Origin: Pseudomonadota bacterium
GTDB taxonomy: Bacteria > Pseudomonadota > Gammaproteobacteria > JAJDOJ01
Length of the DNA stretch: 56,895 nt
Assembly: GCA_034722015.1 (NCBI GenBank)
Contig: JAYENI010000207.1
Span: 1-56,895 of the forward strand
Reading direction: 5' to 3'
The translations under genes were made by a program, and so were the position numbers. Positions 26,972-38,265 of this stretch are shown piece by piece (within the stretch, counting starts at the first letter, position 1; each line of letters opens with the position of its first letter). The notes under the pieces are model-generated. The model made no database searches, was not told the origin of the DNA, and saw nothing but the letters and a program-made list of their open reading frames with translations.

Positions 26972-29575
26972 TCAGTGCAAGGTCGTCGGGGCGTCGTCAC
27001 CGGCATCCGGAATTCCATGCTCCGCGTCATCGTCCCCGTTATCGAGGATCTCGACGCGTTCGATTTCCGCCAGCAATTCCCCCTTGCCGAGCCGGATCAG
27101 GATCACACCCTGGGTGTTTCTTCCCAGCTCGGATACCTGTTCAGCGGGGGTCCGCACCAGGGTGCCGCCGTCGGTGATCAGCATGATTTCGTCATCGGGC
27201 CACACCAGCGCGGCGCCCACGACCGCCCCGTTGCGCTCCGAGGACTGGATCGCGATCACGCCCTGTCCACCCCGGCGATGGGCGGGGAATTCCGACAGTA
27301 CCGTGCGCTTGCCGTAGCCGTTCTGCGTCGCGATCAGCACGCCGCTTTGCATTTTGTCCCGCGCAACGGACAGCAACGCGATGATGGACTCGTCCTCGCG
27401 CAAGCGCATGCCACGGACCCCGCAGGCGGTCCGCCCCATCGGGCGCACTTCGGCCTCCGGGAAGCGGACAGCCTTTCCGGCACTGCTGATGAGGACGATG
27501 TCGTGGTCCCCGTCGGTCACGGACACGTTGACCACCCGGTCCCCTTCGCGCAGGTCCAGGGCGATGATGCCGCTTGCCCTGGGCCGCGAGAAATCCCGCA
27601 GCGGCGTCTTTTTCACGGTCCCGCCCGCGGTGGCCATAAAGACGAAGCGGCCTTCCTCGTACTCCCCGACGGGCATCACTGCGTTGATGCGTTCGCCTTT
27701 CTCCAGGGGCAGCAGGTTGACGAGCGGTTTGCCACGTGCCGTGCGCCCCGCCTGGGGAAGTTCGTACACATTGAGCCAGTAGGCGCGTCCCGCGCTCGAA
27801 AAACACAGCAGCGTGTCGTGCGTGTTGGCGACGAAGAGCTTGTCGATGAAATCCTCTTCCTTGAACGCCGCCGCGGTCTTGCCCTTTCCACCACGAACCT
27901 GACTACGGTACTCGTCCAGCTTCTGGGATTTCGCATACCCCGCATGAGACAGCGTGACGACCACGTCCTCCGGCGGGATCAGGTCCTTGAGCGTGAGGTC
28001 CATTCGCTCGGCGACGATCTCGGTGCGGCGCGTATCGCCGAAGCGCTCTCGGATGTCGACCAGTTCCTCGCGTATCACCTGCATCAAGCGGTCGGGGTTG
28101 CGCAGGATATCGAGCAGCTCGGCGATCGAACCGAGCAGCTCGCTGTAGTCCTTGACGATCTTGTCCTGCTCGAGCCCGGTCAGGCGGTGAAGCCGCAGAT
28201 CGAGAATCGCCTGCGCCTGTGTCCCGGAGAGCCGATAGCCGCCTTCGGTCAGACCGAACTCACCCTCGACGTCCTCGGGACGCGACGCATCGGCGCCGGC
28301 GCGCTCCAGCATCTCCATCACGACACCCGGCCTCCAGAGGCGCGAGACGAGCCCGGCCTTGGCTTCCGCCGGACTGCCCGAGGCCTTGATCAGCGCGATG
28401 ATCTCGTCGATGTTGGTCAGCGCCACCGCCAGACCTTCCAGGACGTGCGCCTTCTCGCGCGCCTTGCGCAGATCGAACACGGTACGCCGGGTCACCACCT
28501 CGCGGCGATGGCGCAGGAACGCCTCGAGCGCCTCCTTGAGGTTGATCAGACGAGGGCGACCGTCCACCAGCGCCACCATGTTGATGCCGAACACATTCTG
28601 CATCTGGGTGTGCTGGTAGAGATTGTTGAGGATGACGTCTCCGACCTCCCCGCGCCTCAACTCGATGACCATGCGCATGCCGTCCTTGTCCGACTCGTCG
28701 CGCAGCTCGGTGATGCCGTCGATCTTTCGCTGCTTGACCAGTTCGGCAATCTTTTCGAGCAGGCGCGCCTTGTTGACCTGATACGGCAGCTCGGTGACCA
28801 CGATGCGGGTCTTGCCCGCCTTGTCGGTCTCCTCGTGACATCGCGCACGCACGTAGATCTTGCCGCGTCCGGTCTGGTAGGCCTCGAGGATGCCCCGCCT
28901 GCCGTTGATGATCCCGGCCGTGGGAAAATCCGGCCCCGGGACGTGCTCCATCAGTTCGCTGAAGCCGATTTCGGGATCGTCGATCAGGGCCACGCAGGCG
29001 CCGATGATCTCCGAGAGGTTGTGCGGGGGAATGTTGGTCGCCATGCCGACCGCGATCCCGGCCGAGCCGTTGACCAGCAGGTTCGGCACCTTCGACGGCA
29101 TCACCGAGGGTTCATGCTCGGCGCCGTCGTAGTTCGGCACGAAATCGACGGTCTCCTTGCCGAGGTCCGCGAGCAGCTCGTGGGCCAGGCGCGACATGCG
29201 CACCTCGGTGTAACGCATCGCGGCCGGGGCGTCGCCGTCGACCGAGCCGAAGTTGCCCTGGCCGTCCACCAGCATGTACCGCAGCGAAAAGGGTTGCGCC
29301 ATACGCACGATCGTGTCGTAGACCGCGGTGTCGCCGTGGGGGTGGTACTTACCGATCACGTCTCCGACCACGCGCGCCGACTTCTTGTACGCCTTGTTCC
29401 AGTCGTTGCCGAGTTCGTGCATCGCGTAGAGCACGCGCCTGTGCACCGGCTTGAGGCCGTCACGCACGTCCGGTAGCGCCCGCCCGATGATTACGCTCAT
29501 GGCATAATCCAGGTAGGACTGGCGCATCTCGTCCTCTAGATTGACTGCAAGGAGTTCCTTGGCAAAGTCTGCCAT
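26972..29575 (-). CDS. gyrA: DNA gyrase subunit A
   Basis: [31 protein letters not shown] and GyrA-box QVRGGKG. Confidence 0.98.
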   Translation of the reverse strand: MADFAKELLAVNLEDEMRQSYLDYAMSVIIGRALPDVRDGLKPVHRRVLYAMHELGNDWNKAYKKSARVVGDVIGKYHPHGDTAVYDTIVRMAQPFSLRYMLVDGQGNFGSVDGDAPAAMRYTEVRMSRLAHELLADLGKETVDFVPNYDGAEHEPSVMPSKVPNLLVNGSAGIAVGMATNIPPHNLSEIIGACVALIDDPEIGFSELMEHVPGPDFPTAGIINGRRGILEAYQTGRGKIYVRARCHEETDKAGKTRIVVTELPYQVNKARLLEKIAELVKQRKIDGITELRDESDKDGMRMVIELRRGEVGDVILNNLYQHTQMQNVFGINMVALVDGRPRLINLKEALEAFLRHRREVVTRRTVFDLRKAREKAHVLEGLAVALTNIDEIIALIKASGSPAEAKAGLVSRLWRPGVVMEMLERAGADASRPEDVEGEFGLTEGGYRLSGTQAQAILDLRLHRLTGLEQDKIVKDYSELLGSIAELLDILRNPDRLMQVIREELVDIRERFGDTRRTEIVAERMDLTLKDLIPPEDVVVTLSHAGYAKSQKLDEYRSQVRGGKGKTAAAFKEEDFIDKLFVANTHDTLLCFSSAGRAYWLNVYELPQAGRTARGKPLVNLLPLEKGERINAVMPVGEYEEGRFVFMATAGGTVKKTPLRDFSRPRASGIIALDLREGDRVVNVSVTDGDHDIVLISSAGKAVRFPEAEVRPMGRTACGVRGMRLREDESIIALLSVARDKMQSGVLIATQNGYGKRTVLSEFPAHRRGGQGVIAIQSSERNGAVVGAALVWPDDEIMLITDGGTLVRTPAEQVSELGRNTQGVILIRLGKGELLAEIERVEILDNGDDDAEHGIPDAGDDAPTTLH

Positions 29576-29615
29576 TGGGCTTGGCGCTCGGAAGTGGATG
29601 GGGGGTGCGGACTAA

Positions 29616-29772
29616 GGCGATTTCTGTCAAATCACATACCATCCTGCTTGTCTTTTCGCCCGTCTTCCGCGTTGCGGAAACGGTTGAATAGTTCGACTAT
29701 GCGCCCGTTACCGCGCCTTGAAGACGAACGAAAATCCGGCGCAATCTGGTATGTCATTTTCCGGCAATCACC
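29616..29772 (-). mobile_element. 157-bp MITE, copy 3, 40 bp upstream of gyrA
   Basis: Reverse orientation relative to copies 1 and 2; TAA duplication. Confidence 0.9.
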
Positions 29773-29920
29773 TAACCGCGCAATGGTATCACATAGCAAA
29801 GGGGCAATGGGGGAGAGCGATGAAGACAAAACGACGCTCAAATCGCACCTGACGGCCCCTCAAACCCCATTTGAATGGTCAGCGGGCCGGATTAGAAGTC
29901 AGCCAAAGAGCAAAAAACGC

Positions 29921-30973
29921 TCAAGCAGCCATCAGGCGCGCCAGATTTCCGGTATCAGGCCGCAGAATCACGCCGCGTTCCGTGACCAGGGCATCCACCA
30001 GATCCGCGGGTGTCGTATCGAAAACCGGGTTCCAGGCCCGCGTGCCCTCAGGCGCGAGCCGGTGACCCGCGAAACGCAAAACCTCGTCCTCGGGGCGCTG
30101 CTCCACCGGGATGGCGTCACCATCCGCAGAGCCCATATCGACGGTGCTCGTGGGGGCCACCACCATGAATCCCACACCGTGGCGGCGCGCGTGGAGCGCC
30201 AGACCGTAGGTGCCGACCTTATTTGCCACGTCACCGTTCGCCGCGACACGGTCCGCGCCGACAACGACCCAGCTGACGCCGCCCCGGCGCAGCAGGCTCG
30301 CGGACGCACCTTCGCAGAGCAGCGTCACCGGGATCCCCTCCTGCACGAGTTCCCATGCAGTCAATCGGGATCCCTGCAGCCAGGGGCGCGTCTCGTCGGC
30401 AAAGACCCCGGTGATCTTCCCGCTTTTCCATGCGCTGCGCACCACACCCAGCGCCGTACCGTAGCCGCCAGTGGCGAGCGCCCCCGCATTGCAATGCGTC
30501 AACACCGCCCCGCCGTCGATCAGGCCGGAGCCCAGGTCGCCCATGCGGTAGTTGGCCTCGATGTCCTGCTCGTGAATCCGCGTCGCCTCGGCGAGCAGCG
30601 CCGCTTCCGGCGAACCCTCGAGGGTCTCTGCAAATCGGGACATGCGCCGGATCGCCCAGGCCAGGTTGACCGCAGTGGGTCTTGCCTTGCCCAGGACCGC
30701 CAGCTCATCAAGGAATCGAACCTTCCATTGCAATGGGTCCCCGGCAAAACACGCGCGGGCGGCCAGCACGATACCGTATGCCGCCGTGATCCCGATCGCC
30801 GGGGCGCCTCGCACCACCATATCGGCGATGGCCAGCGCGGTCTCATCGAGCCCGTAGCAGTCGATATAGCCGACCGATTCCGGCAGGCGGCGCTGGTCGA
30901 GGAGCCTCAGGTGCCCGTCGACCCAGTCCACCGCGCGCACAGTATCGTCTTCTCTGCGTTTCATGCCGCGCAT
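29921..30973 (-). CDS. mtnA: Methylthioribose-1-phosphate isomerase
   Basis: LDQRRLP, MVVRGAPAIG, ARPTAVNL, LTHCNAGALAT, DETRP and VGADRVAANGDVANKVGT. Confidence 0.95.
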   Translation of the reverse strand: MRGMKRREDDTVRAVDWVDGHLRLLDQRRLPESVGYIDCYGLDETALAIADMVVRGAPAIGITAAYGIVLAARACFAGDPLQWKVRFLDELAVLGKARPTAVNLAWAIRRMSRFAETLEGSPEAALLAEATRIHEQDIEANYRMGDLGSGLIDGGAVLTHCNAGALATGGYGTALGVVRSAWKSGKITGVFADETRPWLQGSRLTAWELVQEGIPVTLLCEGASASLLRRGGVSWVVVGADRVAANGDVANKVGTYGLALHARRHGVGFMVVAPTSTVDMGSADGDAIPVEQRPEDEVLRFAGHRLAPEGTRAWNPVFDTTPADLVDALVTERGVILRPDTGNLARLMAA

Positions 30974-31065
30974 TCTACCCGCCGATGTCCTCCTCCGGAT
31001 ACCGGACCGGCAACGGGTCGCGGACCCTTGCCCGCGATGCGGGGGAACCGGTATGGTTGCCCGCC

Positions 31066-32382
31066 ATGCAAACAGTAGACACCCTGATCTCTGCGCGTTG
31101 GGTCGTGCCGGTGGAACCCCATGGCGTGGTACTCGAACACCACGCCGTCGCGATCAGGGGCGGGCGGATCGTCGACGTCCTGCCGGCCGAGGACGCAGAG
31201 CTACGGTTCGAGCCCGCCACTTCGGTCACTCTGGACGACCACGTACTGATCCCCGGACTGGTCAACGCCCACACCCACGCACCCATGACGCTGATGCGGG
31301 GGATCGCGGACGACCTTCCGCTGATGACCTGGCTGGAGGAACACATCTGGCCGGTGGAAAGCCGCTGGGTCAGTGAGGAATTCGTGCGCGACGGGGTATC
31401 GCTTGCCGCGGCCGAGATGCTTCGCGGCGGCACGACCTGTTTCAACGACATGTACTTCTACTCCGATGTTGCCGCTCACACGGCGATCAGTTGCGGAATT
31501 CGCGCCTGCGTCGGGCTGATCGTGCTGGACTTCCCGAGCCGCTATGCCAACGACGCCGACGAGTACCTCGCCAAGGGACTTTCGGTCTACGACGAATTCA
31601 AGGGCGAGCCCCTGATCTCCGTGGCGATGGCGCCGCACGCACCCTACACGGTTTCGGATCCGGCCCTGACACGTGTCCGCACGCTGGCGGACGAACTCGA
31701 GATCCCGATTCACATGCATGTGCACGAGACCCGGCACGAGGTTGACCAGGCCGTGGAGACGAGCGGCAAGCGTCCGCTCGAGCGGCTTCAGGCGCTGGGT
31801 CTCGTTTCGCCGTCCCTGATCGGCGTCCACATGACGCAACTCGAAGACCGGGAGATCGCGCGCCTCGCGGAATCCAGTGCCCATGTCGTGCACTGCCCCG
31901 AATCCAACCTGAAGCTCGCCAGTGGATTCTGCCCGGTTCAGGCACTCACCGAGGCGGGGGTCAACGTCTGCCTGGGGACCGACGGTGCCGCCAGCAACAA
32001 CGACCTCGACATGTTCGGCGAGATGCGCACCGCGGCCCTGCTCGCCAAGGGTGTGGCCGATGATGCCACCGCCGCGCCTGCCGCGAGCGTCCTGCGCATG
32101 GCGACGCTGAACGGCGCCGCGGCGCTGGGACTTTCCGCGATGACGGGATCGCTGCGCCCGGGCAAGGACGCCGACATCACGGCCGTCGCGTTCGACACGC
32201 TTGAGACCGTGCCCTGTTACGATGTGATCTCGCAGCTCGTGTACGCCACGGGCCGGGAACGGGTCAGCGACGTCTGGGTCGCCGGCAGACACGTACTGAA
32301 CGACCGCCGTCTCGTACACCTGGACGAAAACGATCTCAGGGAAAAGGCGATTCACTGGGCCGACCGCATCCGGGAAACCTGA
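31066..32382 (+). CDS. mtaD: TRZ/ATZ-family amidohydrolase, probable 5-methylthioadenosine/S-adenosylhomocysteine deaminase
   Basis: [34 protein letters not shown] and GTDGAASNN; synteny with mtnA and ubiG. Confidence 0.85.
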   Translation: MQTVDTLISARWVVPVEPHGVVLEHHAVAIRGGRIVDVLPAEDAELRFEPATSVTLDDHVLIPGLVNAHTHAPMTLMRGIADDLPLMTWLEEHIWPVESRWVSEEFVRDGVSLAAAEMLRGGTTCFNDMYFYSDVAAHTAISCGIRACVGLIVLDFPSRYANDADEYLAKGLSVYDEFKGEPLISVAMAPHAPYTVSDPALTRVRTLADELEIPIHMHVHETRHEVDQAVETSGKRPLERLQALGLVSPSLIGVHMTQLEDREIARLAESSAHVVHCPESNLKLASGFCPVQALTEAGVNVCLGTDGAASNNDLDMFGEMRTAALLAKGVADDATAAPAASVLRMATLNGAAALGLSAMTGSLRPGKDADITAVAFDTLETVPCYDVISQLVYATGRERVSDVWVAGRHVLNDRRLVHLDENDLREKAIHWADRIRET

Positions 32383-32396
32383 ACAATAATTTCGCC

Positions 32397-33113
32397 ATGA
32401 CGAAACCGCACGCAGAACACAACGTCGACCCTGCAGAGATTCGCAAGTTCGAGGAACTCGCCCACCGCTGGTGGGACCCGGAAAGCGAATTCAAGCCCCT
32501 GCACGAGATCAATCCGCTCAGGCTCGAATACATCGACCGCCACGTCTCCCTGTCCGGGAAGCAGGTCCTGGACGTCGGTTGCGGCGGCGGCCTGCTCAGC
32601 GAGGGCATGGCCCTGCAGGGCGCGCGAGTCACCGGCATCGACCTCGGCGAGGCGCCCCTGTCCGTGGCGCGGCTGCATCTGCTGGAATCGGGCCTGAACG
32701 TGGAATACCGGCGGATCTCCGTCGAGGCGCTGGAAGCGGAACGTCCGGCGTCCTACGACGCGGTCACCTGCATGGAAATGCTCGAGCACGTCCCCGACCC
32801 GGCCTCTGTCGTCTCGGCATGCGCCGGGCTTGTTCGACCCGGCGGGACGGTGTGCTTCTCCACGATCAATCGCAATCCGAAGTCGTTTCTGTTCGCCATC
32901 GTGGGCGCCGAGTACGTCCTCAAGCTCCTGCCGCGCGGCACGCACGATTACGCGCGCTTCATCCGCCCGTCCGAACTGGAGCAGTGGACACGCAGCGCGG
33001 GTCTGCAGACCCGCGATATCGTCGGCATGACCTACAACCCCCTCACCCGCGTCTACCGGCTCGGACGCGACGTCGACGTGAACTACATCATGCGGCTGCA
33101 CAAGGCGCGCTGA
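32397..33113 (+). CDS. ubiG: Ubiquinone biosynthesis O-methyltransferase
   Basis: [10 protein letters not shown]...WWDP...[18 protein letters not shown] and [11 protein letters not shown]. Confidence 0.96.
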   Translation: MTKPHAEHNVDPAEIRKFEELAHRWWDPESEFKPLHEINPLRLEYIDRHVSLSGKQVLDVGCGGGLLSEGMALQGARVTGIDLGEAPLSVARLHLLESGLNVEYRRISVEALEAERPASYDAVTCMEMLEHVPDPASVVSACAGLVRPGGTVCFSTINRNPKSFLFAIVGAEYVLKLLPRGTHDYARFIRPSELEQWTRSAGLQTRDIVGMTYNPLTRVYRLGRDVDVNYIMRLHKAR

Positions 33114-33116
33114 ACC

Positions 33117-33812
33117 TTGCCCGCCGCCCCGGACATCTGCGCTGTCTTTCTGGACCTCGACGGTACGCTGGCGGACACCGCGCCGGATCTGGCGCGCGCC
33201 CTGAACGCGCTGAGAAGCGATGAGGGCCTCGAGCCGCTGCCCTACGAACGGGTGCGCGCCAGCGTCTCCCGCGGCAGCTCCGCCCTCGTCCAGCTGGCCT
33301 TCGGGGAGGCGCTCGGGGAAACCCGCTTTGCCGATCTGCGCGAGCGATTTCTGGACCGGTACCAGTCCGGCCTGTGCGTCGACACGCGCCTGTTTCCGGG
33401 AATGGCGGACATGCTCGACCACATGGAATCCACCGGGATCGGCTGGGGCATCGTCACCAACAAGCCGGCCTGGCTGACCGACCCGCTGGTCTCGGCGCTG
33501 GGACTCGACGGACGCGCCGCCTGTGTGGTCAGCGGAGACACCACGTCCGAACGCAAACCCCACCCCGCGCCGCTGCTGCACGCGAGCGAACTGGCCGGCG
33601 CGTCGCCACGCGCCAGCATCTACGTCGGAGACGACCCGCGCGACATCCTGGCGGGCAACGCGGCGGGCATGAAAACCCTGGTCGCGCGCTACGGGTACAT
33701 CCACGAGGCCCAGGACCCGGAGGACTGGGGCGCTACCGGCATCATCGACGACATCCGGGAGATCCGGGCCTGGCTCCCGGCGACGAACCCGGCGGGTTCA
33801 CGCGAGGGATGA
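33117..33812 (+). CDS. HAD-family phosphatase (Gph/MupP type)
   Basis: FLDLDGTLADT, IVTNKP, RKPHPAPL and YVGDDPRD; typical position after ubiG. Confidence 0.85.
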   Translation: MPAAPDICAVFLDLDGTLADTAPDLARALNALRSDEGLEPLPYERVRASVSRGSSALVQLAFGEALGETRFADLRERFLDRYQSGLCVDTRLFPGMADMLDHMESTGIGWGIVTNKPAWLTDPLVSALGLDGRAACVVSGDTTSERKPHPAPLLHASELAGASPRASIYVGDDPRDILAGNAAGMKTLVARYGYIHEAQDPEDWGATGIIDDIREIRAWLPATNPAGSREG

Positions 33813-35095
33813 TTGTCGATCCCGCCGCCGTACCCTGGGAACTCTTCATCGTGGCCGTCGGCCTGTTCGTGCTCGGCGCCGGCATCAGCGCACTCTACTA
33901 CCGTGACCGACTCGAACGGCAGCGTGCCGATGACGGGACGGAAATCGTCAATCTCACCGCGCGCCTGGAAATCGAGCGGCAGCGCCACCGCGAGAAGGTG
34001 GCCGCCATGGAGGAGGCCCGCAAGCACATGATGGCGACCTTCGCCTCGCTCTCGCGACGCGCCCTGCACGAAAACAGCGAGGCCTTCCTGAGCCTCGCGC
34101 AACAGAACCTGCAACAGTTCCACGTCAAGGCGCAGGCCGGGCTCGACGAGAAGGAGAAGGCCGTCGGTGCGCTCGTCGCACCCATCCGCGAGGCGCTGGA
34201 CAAGACCCGCAACCAGGTTCACGAGATCGAGAAGGAACGCAAGGAGGCCTACGGCGCCCTGAACCAGCACCTGCGCCTCGTCGCCGAGTCCCACCGCGGG
34301 CTGCAGACCGAGACGCGCAATCTGGTCAAGGCCCTGAGCCGCCCGGAGGTCCGCGGACGTTGGGGCGAGATGACGCTGAAACGTCTGGCCGAGCTCTCGG
34401 GCATGGTCGAGCACTGCGATTTCTTCGAGCAGGAGAGCGTGCGCTCGGAGCAGGGCATGCTGCGCCCGGACATGGTGGTCCGGATGCCGGACAAGCGCGA
34501 GATCGTGGTCGATGCCAAGACCCCGCTCGACGGCTACCTCGAGGCGATGGAGGCCACCGACGACGAACAGAGGGCAAGAGCGCTGAAGCGTCACGCACGG
34601 AAGCTGCGCGATCGCGTGAAGGAACTGGCCGGCAAGGCCTACTGGACGCAGTTCCGCAACTCACCTGACTTCGTGGTGCTGTTCATTCCCGGCGACCAGT
34701 TTCTCGCCGCCGCCCTGGAACTGGATCCGGACATACTGGAAGACTCCCTCGACAACAAGGTGGTCCTCGCCACACCGACCAGTCTGGTGGCGTTGCTGAG
34801 GGCGGTCGCGTTCGGATGGCGCCAGCTCGTACTGACGCGAAACGCCGAGATCATCCGCGACCTCGGCGAGGACCTGTACCGCCGGATCGCCACCTTCGTC
34901 GAGCACATGAGTCGACTCGGGCGCAACCTGGGCAGCAGCGTCGAGAACTACAACCGCGCGCTCGGCTCCCTGGAACGACAGGTCCTGCCCGGCGCGCGCA
35001 AATTTACGGAGCTGGGCATACAGCCGAAGAAGGACATGGAAAACCTCGAACCCATCGAAAAGACCACCCTGTCTCCAAAGGAAAGGGACGACTAG
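33809..35095 (+). CDS. rmuC: DNA recombination protein RmuC family
   Basis: N-terminal TM segment, coiled coil, RGRWGE, RPDMVV, VVDAK, PDFVVLFIP and LATPTSL; ATGA overlap with the upstream gene. Confidence 0.92.
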   Translation: MIVDPAAVPWELFIVAVGLFVLGAGISALYYRDRLERQRADDGTEIVNLTARLEIERQRHREKVAAMEEARKHMMATFASLSRRALHENSEAFLSLAQQNLQQFHVKAQAGLDEKEKAVGALVAPIREALDKTRNQVHEIEKERKEAYGALNQHLRLVAESHRGLQTETRNLVKALSRPEVRGRWGEMTLKRLAELSGMVEHCDFFEQESVRSEQGMLRPDMVVRMPDKREIVVDAKTPLDGYLEAMEATDDEQRARALKRHARKLRDRVKELAGKAYWTQFRNSPDFVVLFIPGDQFLAAALELDPDILEDSLDNKVVLATPTSLVALLRAVAFGWRQLVLTRNAEIIRDLGEDLYRRIATFVEHMSRLGRNLGSSVENYNRALGSLERQVLPGARKFTELGIQPKKDMENLEPIEKTTLSPKERDD

Positions 35096-35255
35096 AATCA
35101 GGTTCTATCCGAATCCTGTTCCCGGTTTACCGATTGTTGCCTGAGTACATCCTGTCGGGCGTCCCGGGCACGATTTTCACCCGGACCGAAACCCTGGGTA
35201 TTGGCCGCATCCGCTGCCGCCGACGGATGTTCATTTCAGATCTTGAGGAGAACCC

Positions 35256-35807
35256 ATGAAACCCGATCCGGAAGTCATCCAGACATTGTCGGAACGCATC
35301 GAGACATTGACGCGATCTCTCTCGGTCACCGAACGACAGGTCCGGCAGCTGGAATGCCGTGTTCTGGGTTGGCGGGCGGCAGCCACAGTGACCGGGGCGT
35401 TGCTTATCCTGGCGCTCGGCATCGTGGCGGGAACGGCAATTTCCGCGACGGAACCGCCGGCACAGTCGGCAACTGCAACGACCGGCCCCGGACACAAGCC
35501 GTTCCGGCCCGTGCGGCAAGGATTCGATGATCTCCACGACCTGATCGAGCGGGAGCGCGAAAAAATGGCCGCCTCGAAGGATCTCGATCCCGCTCACGCG
35601 ATCGCGATCTTCCTCTACGACGTGAAGGAAGCGATGGCCGTCATGCCCGACATCGCCGCAGACATGAAGGAGATGAACGCCAAGATGGGGGCGGTCCCGG
35701 TGATGGCCGCGGAGATGCAACAGATGAAGATCCAGATGGGCATCATGTCCCGCAGCGTGAATTCCACCATGGGAAGAATGGGGAGCATGTTCCCCTGGGC
35801 GCCGTGA
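35256..35807 (+). CDS. Hypothetical membrane-anchored protein with a Met-rich C-terminus
   Basis: GAGGAG RBS, central hydrophobic segment, tail AMAVMPDIAADMKEMNAKMGAVPVMAAEMQQMKIQMGIMSRSVNSTMGRMGSMFPW. Confidence 0.75.
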   Translation: MKPDPEVIQTLSERIETLTRSLSVTERQVRQLECRVLGWRAAATVTGALLILALGIVAGTAISATEPPAQSATATTGPGHKPFRPVRQGFDDLHDLIEREREKMAASKDLDPAHAIAIFLYDVKEAMAVMPDIAADMKEMNAKMGAVPVMAAEMQQMKIQMGIMSRSVNSTMGRMGSMFPWAP

Positions 35808-35917
35808 CTATTTACCAATCCGGGACCCGGGGCGTCGTCCGGGCGAACGGCTCCTGAGCACCGGTGACGGATCACCCATGGTAGCGACTGAACGGGTTTC
35901 CGCAGGTGAACTGCTTA

Positions 35918-36074
35918 GGCGATTTCTGTCAAATCACATACCATCTTGCTTGTCTTTTCGTCCGTCTTCTGCGTTGCAGAAACGGTTGCATAGTTCGACT
36001 ATGCGCCCGTTACCGCGCCTTGAAGACGAACGAAAATCCGGCGCAATCTTGTATGTCATTTTCCGGCAATCGCC
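35918..36074 (-). mobile_element. 157-bp MITE, copy 4
   Basis: TIRs intact; TTA duplication. Confidence 0.9.
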
Positions 36075-36148
36075 TTAGTGTCGGTCGGGGATTTTCAGCG
36101 ACCCGTCAAACTCATATCCCCGATGGCATCGAGGGAGTGCCTGCTCGC

Positions 36149-37927
36149 TCAACCGCCCGTTCCGGACCAGAAATCGCGATGGCGCCGCACACTATCCACC
36201 CGATCGATCAGCACCTCGATCATGCTCGCGCCCGGCCCGGAAATCGACCCTGAAAACGCCTCGCCGAACCCCTTCGCGTCTTCCACACGACAATGGGTAA
36301 TCCCGTAGAGTGCCGCGATCCTGCGCGGGTCCAGGCCGGTGGGCGTCAACCAAAAGCGCTCGAAGGCCGGCAGGTTGGCTTGGGAAAGGTAAGAAAAGAT
36401 TGCACCGCCGCCATTGTTGAACACCACCAGGGTGACATCCAGATCGCGAGCCGCGAGCAACCCGTTCATGTCGTGGTAGAGCGCCAGGTCGCCGACCAGG
36501 CCAACAACCGGCCCCGCGGATGCCGCAGACATGCCCATCACCGTAGACACGTTACCGTCGATCCCGCTGGCGCCCCGGTTACCTGTCAATTTCAGCGGGT
36601 GTGGCGCAGTGCCGGAAAAGCTGTCGACGTCCCGAATGACGGTGGAGTTTCCGCAGAACACCCGGGTCCCGCCGGGCGACCGGGAGAGCACGGTGCGAAT
36701 AACCTGCGCCTCCAGGGGCAATTCCCGACCGTCATCCAGCCGTTTCCGCTCCCGGTGCTCCGCCTCGAGGAACATTTTCTGCCATTCCCCCGGGCCGGGT
36801 GACGGCGCGGCCTCAAGCAATGCCGCGCAGGTTTCCGCGGGGTCCGCATGCACCACATGCACCATGCCCAGGGCGGGGTCCGGCCAGTCTCCAGACGGCG
36901 AGACAAGAATCTGCATTGCATCTCCGACATCCCGCAGGTATCGCTCGAGGGTACGGGAAACCGGCGTCCCGCCAAACCTGAGGACCCACGCCGGACCCCG
37001 CTCCCTGACGAATCCCGCGGCGCGAAGAAAGGTGTCGTAGTGCGAAACGACGCGCTTGCTCCGATGACTCCCAAAGCGCAGCCCGGACAGGGGATCGGCC
37101 AGCACAGGGCAGTTCAGTCTGTCTCCCAGCGCGCTGACCCTGTCGTGGAACCGGGTCCCGAACCGCCCCCTGCCACAAATGATGAGCCCGGGTCTGCCAT
37201 CGAGCGCCGAGCTGATCCTGGCGGTCGCCTCCGACACCGGCGCGACGCGAGGACGCCCCGCCACTGCCGGTTCCGACACCGACCGGGCGGTAACGCGATT
37301 CGAAAACGCGGCACACTCAGGAACCAGCGGCTCCCTGAAAGGGACGTTGACGTGTACCGGACCCGGGTGGGGCCAGCGGCTGAGATCTGCGGCCCGGGCG
37401 GCGTCGAAACGCACCCGACGAAACATCGACGGCGCCGGGTCCGCGTGGGGTAGTTGTATAAATCCCCTTACATGCGCGCCGAACAACCGGTTCTGGTCGA
37501 TGGTCTGGTTGGCGCCACAATCCTGGAGTTCTACGGGGCGGTCCGCGGAAACGAGGACGAGGGGCAAGAGGTCGCGGGAGGCCTCGATCACCGCAGGAAA
37601 CCAGTTGGCCGGCGCGCTCCCGGAGGTCGCGATCACCCCCGCCGGCTCACCGCTCGAGCGGGCCATGCCAAGGGCGAAGAAGGCCGCCGACCGCTCATCC
37701 GGCAACACCGCGATCTTCAGGCCCTCGAATTGCCCGCAGGCCAGTGCAAGCGGGGTTGAACGCGACCCCGGCGAGATGACCCAGCCGGTAACCCCTGCAT
37801 CCACGAGTGTACCGATCAGCTCGCTTGCCCACTCGAGATTCAGCCTGCCGACGTCCACTAGCGCGGCACTTCCTGGACCGGTGCCACCATACCTGAACGG
37901 GAGGCGCCCTTTTCCGGGTCCCGACAT
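36149..37927 (-). CDS. menD: SEPHCHC synthase (ThDP-dependent)
   Basis: SPGSRSTPL, DERSAAFFALG, TSGSA, NQTIDQ, NRGASGIDG and GDLALYHDMNGL...NNGGG; true start may be nearer 37858. Confidence 0.93.
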   Translation of the reverse strand: MSGPGKGRLPFRYGGTGPGSAALVDVGRLNLEWASELIGTLVDAGVTGWVISPGSRSTPLALACGQFEGLKIAVLPDERSAAFFALGMARSSGEPAGVIATSGSAPANWFPAVIEASRDLLPLVLVSADRPVELQDCGANQTIDQNRLFGAHVRGFIQLPHADPAPSMFRRVRFDAARAADLSRWPHPGPVHVNVPFREPLVPECAAFSNRVTARSVSEPAVAGRPRVAPVSEATARISSALDGRPGLIICGRGRFGTRFHDRVSALGDRLNCPVLADPLSGLRFGSHRSKRVVSHYDTFLRAAGFVRERGPAWVLRFGGTPVSRTLERYLRDVGDAMQILVSPSGDWPDPALGMVHVVHADPAETCAALLEAAPSPGPGEWQKMFLEAEHRERKRLDDGRELPLEAQVIRTVLSRSPGGTRVFCGNSTVIRDVDSFSGTAPHPLKLTGNRGASGIDGNVSTVMGMSAASAGPVVGLVGDLALYHDMNGLLAARDLDVTLVVFNNGGGAIFSYLSQANLPAFERFWLTPTGLDPRRIAALYGITHCRVEDAKGFGEAFSGSISGPGASMIEVLIDRVDSVRRHRDFWSGTGG

Positions 37928-37981
37928 ACGTCAGGTCGCCCCATCGTTACCGTGGACCTGTGAAGGGTGTACGCACACTAA

Positions 37982-38138
37982 GGCGATTTCTGTCAAATGA
38001 CATACTATCTTGCTTGTCTTTTCGTCCGTCCTCTGTGTTGCGAAAACAGTTACATAGTTCGACTATGCGCCTGTTGTCGCGCCTTGATGACGACCGAAAA
38101 TCCGGCGAAATCTGGTATCCCATTTTCCGGCAATCGCC
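37982..38138 (-). mobile_element. 157-bp MITE, copy 5, between menF and menD
   Basis: TIRs intact; TAA duplication. Confidence 0.9.
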
Positions 38139-38265
38139 TAAACGGCCTATCGGATAGCCGACATCATGCTCCGTGGGTGTCGGTAGCAGGGATGCTACCG
38201 TCAAGCCCACAGGGCAGTCTTCACGGCGTCCCACGCAGGAACATGTCGGGTCTCCAGGGTGCGTA

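Noticed and set aside
29300-29345. Quinolone-resistance substitution in GyrA (Thr at the Ser83-equivalent position)
   Set aside because: Thr is the natural residue in many gammaproteobacteria such as Pseudomonas
26861-29476. 871-aa plus-strand ORF
   Set aside because: Antisense shadow of gyrA; typical of high-GC codon bias, no motifs
31201-33704. Long minus-strand ORFs (384 and 450 aa)
   Set aside because: Antisense to mtaD, ubiG and the HAD phosphatase, which have clear motifs
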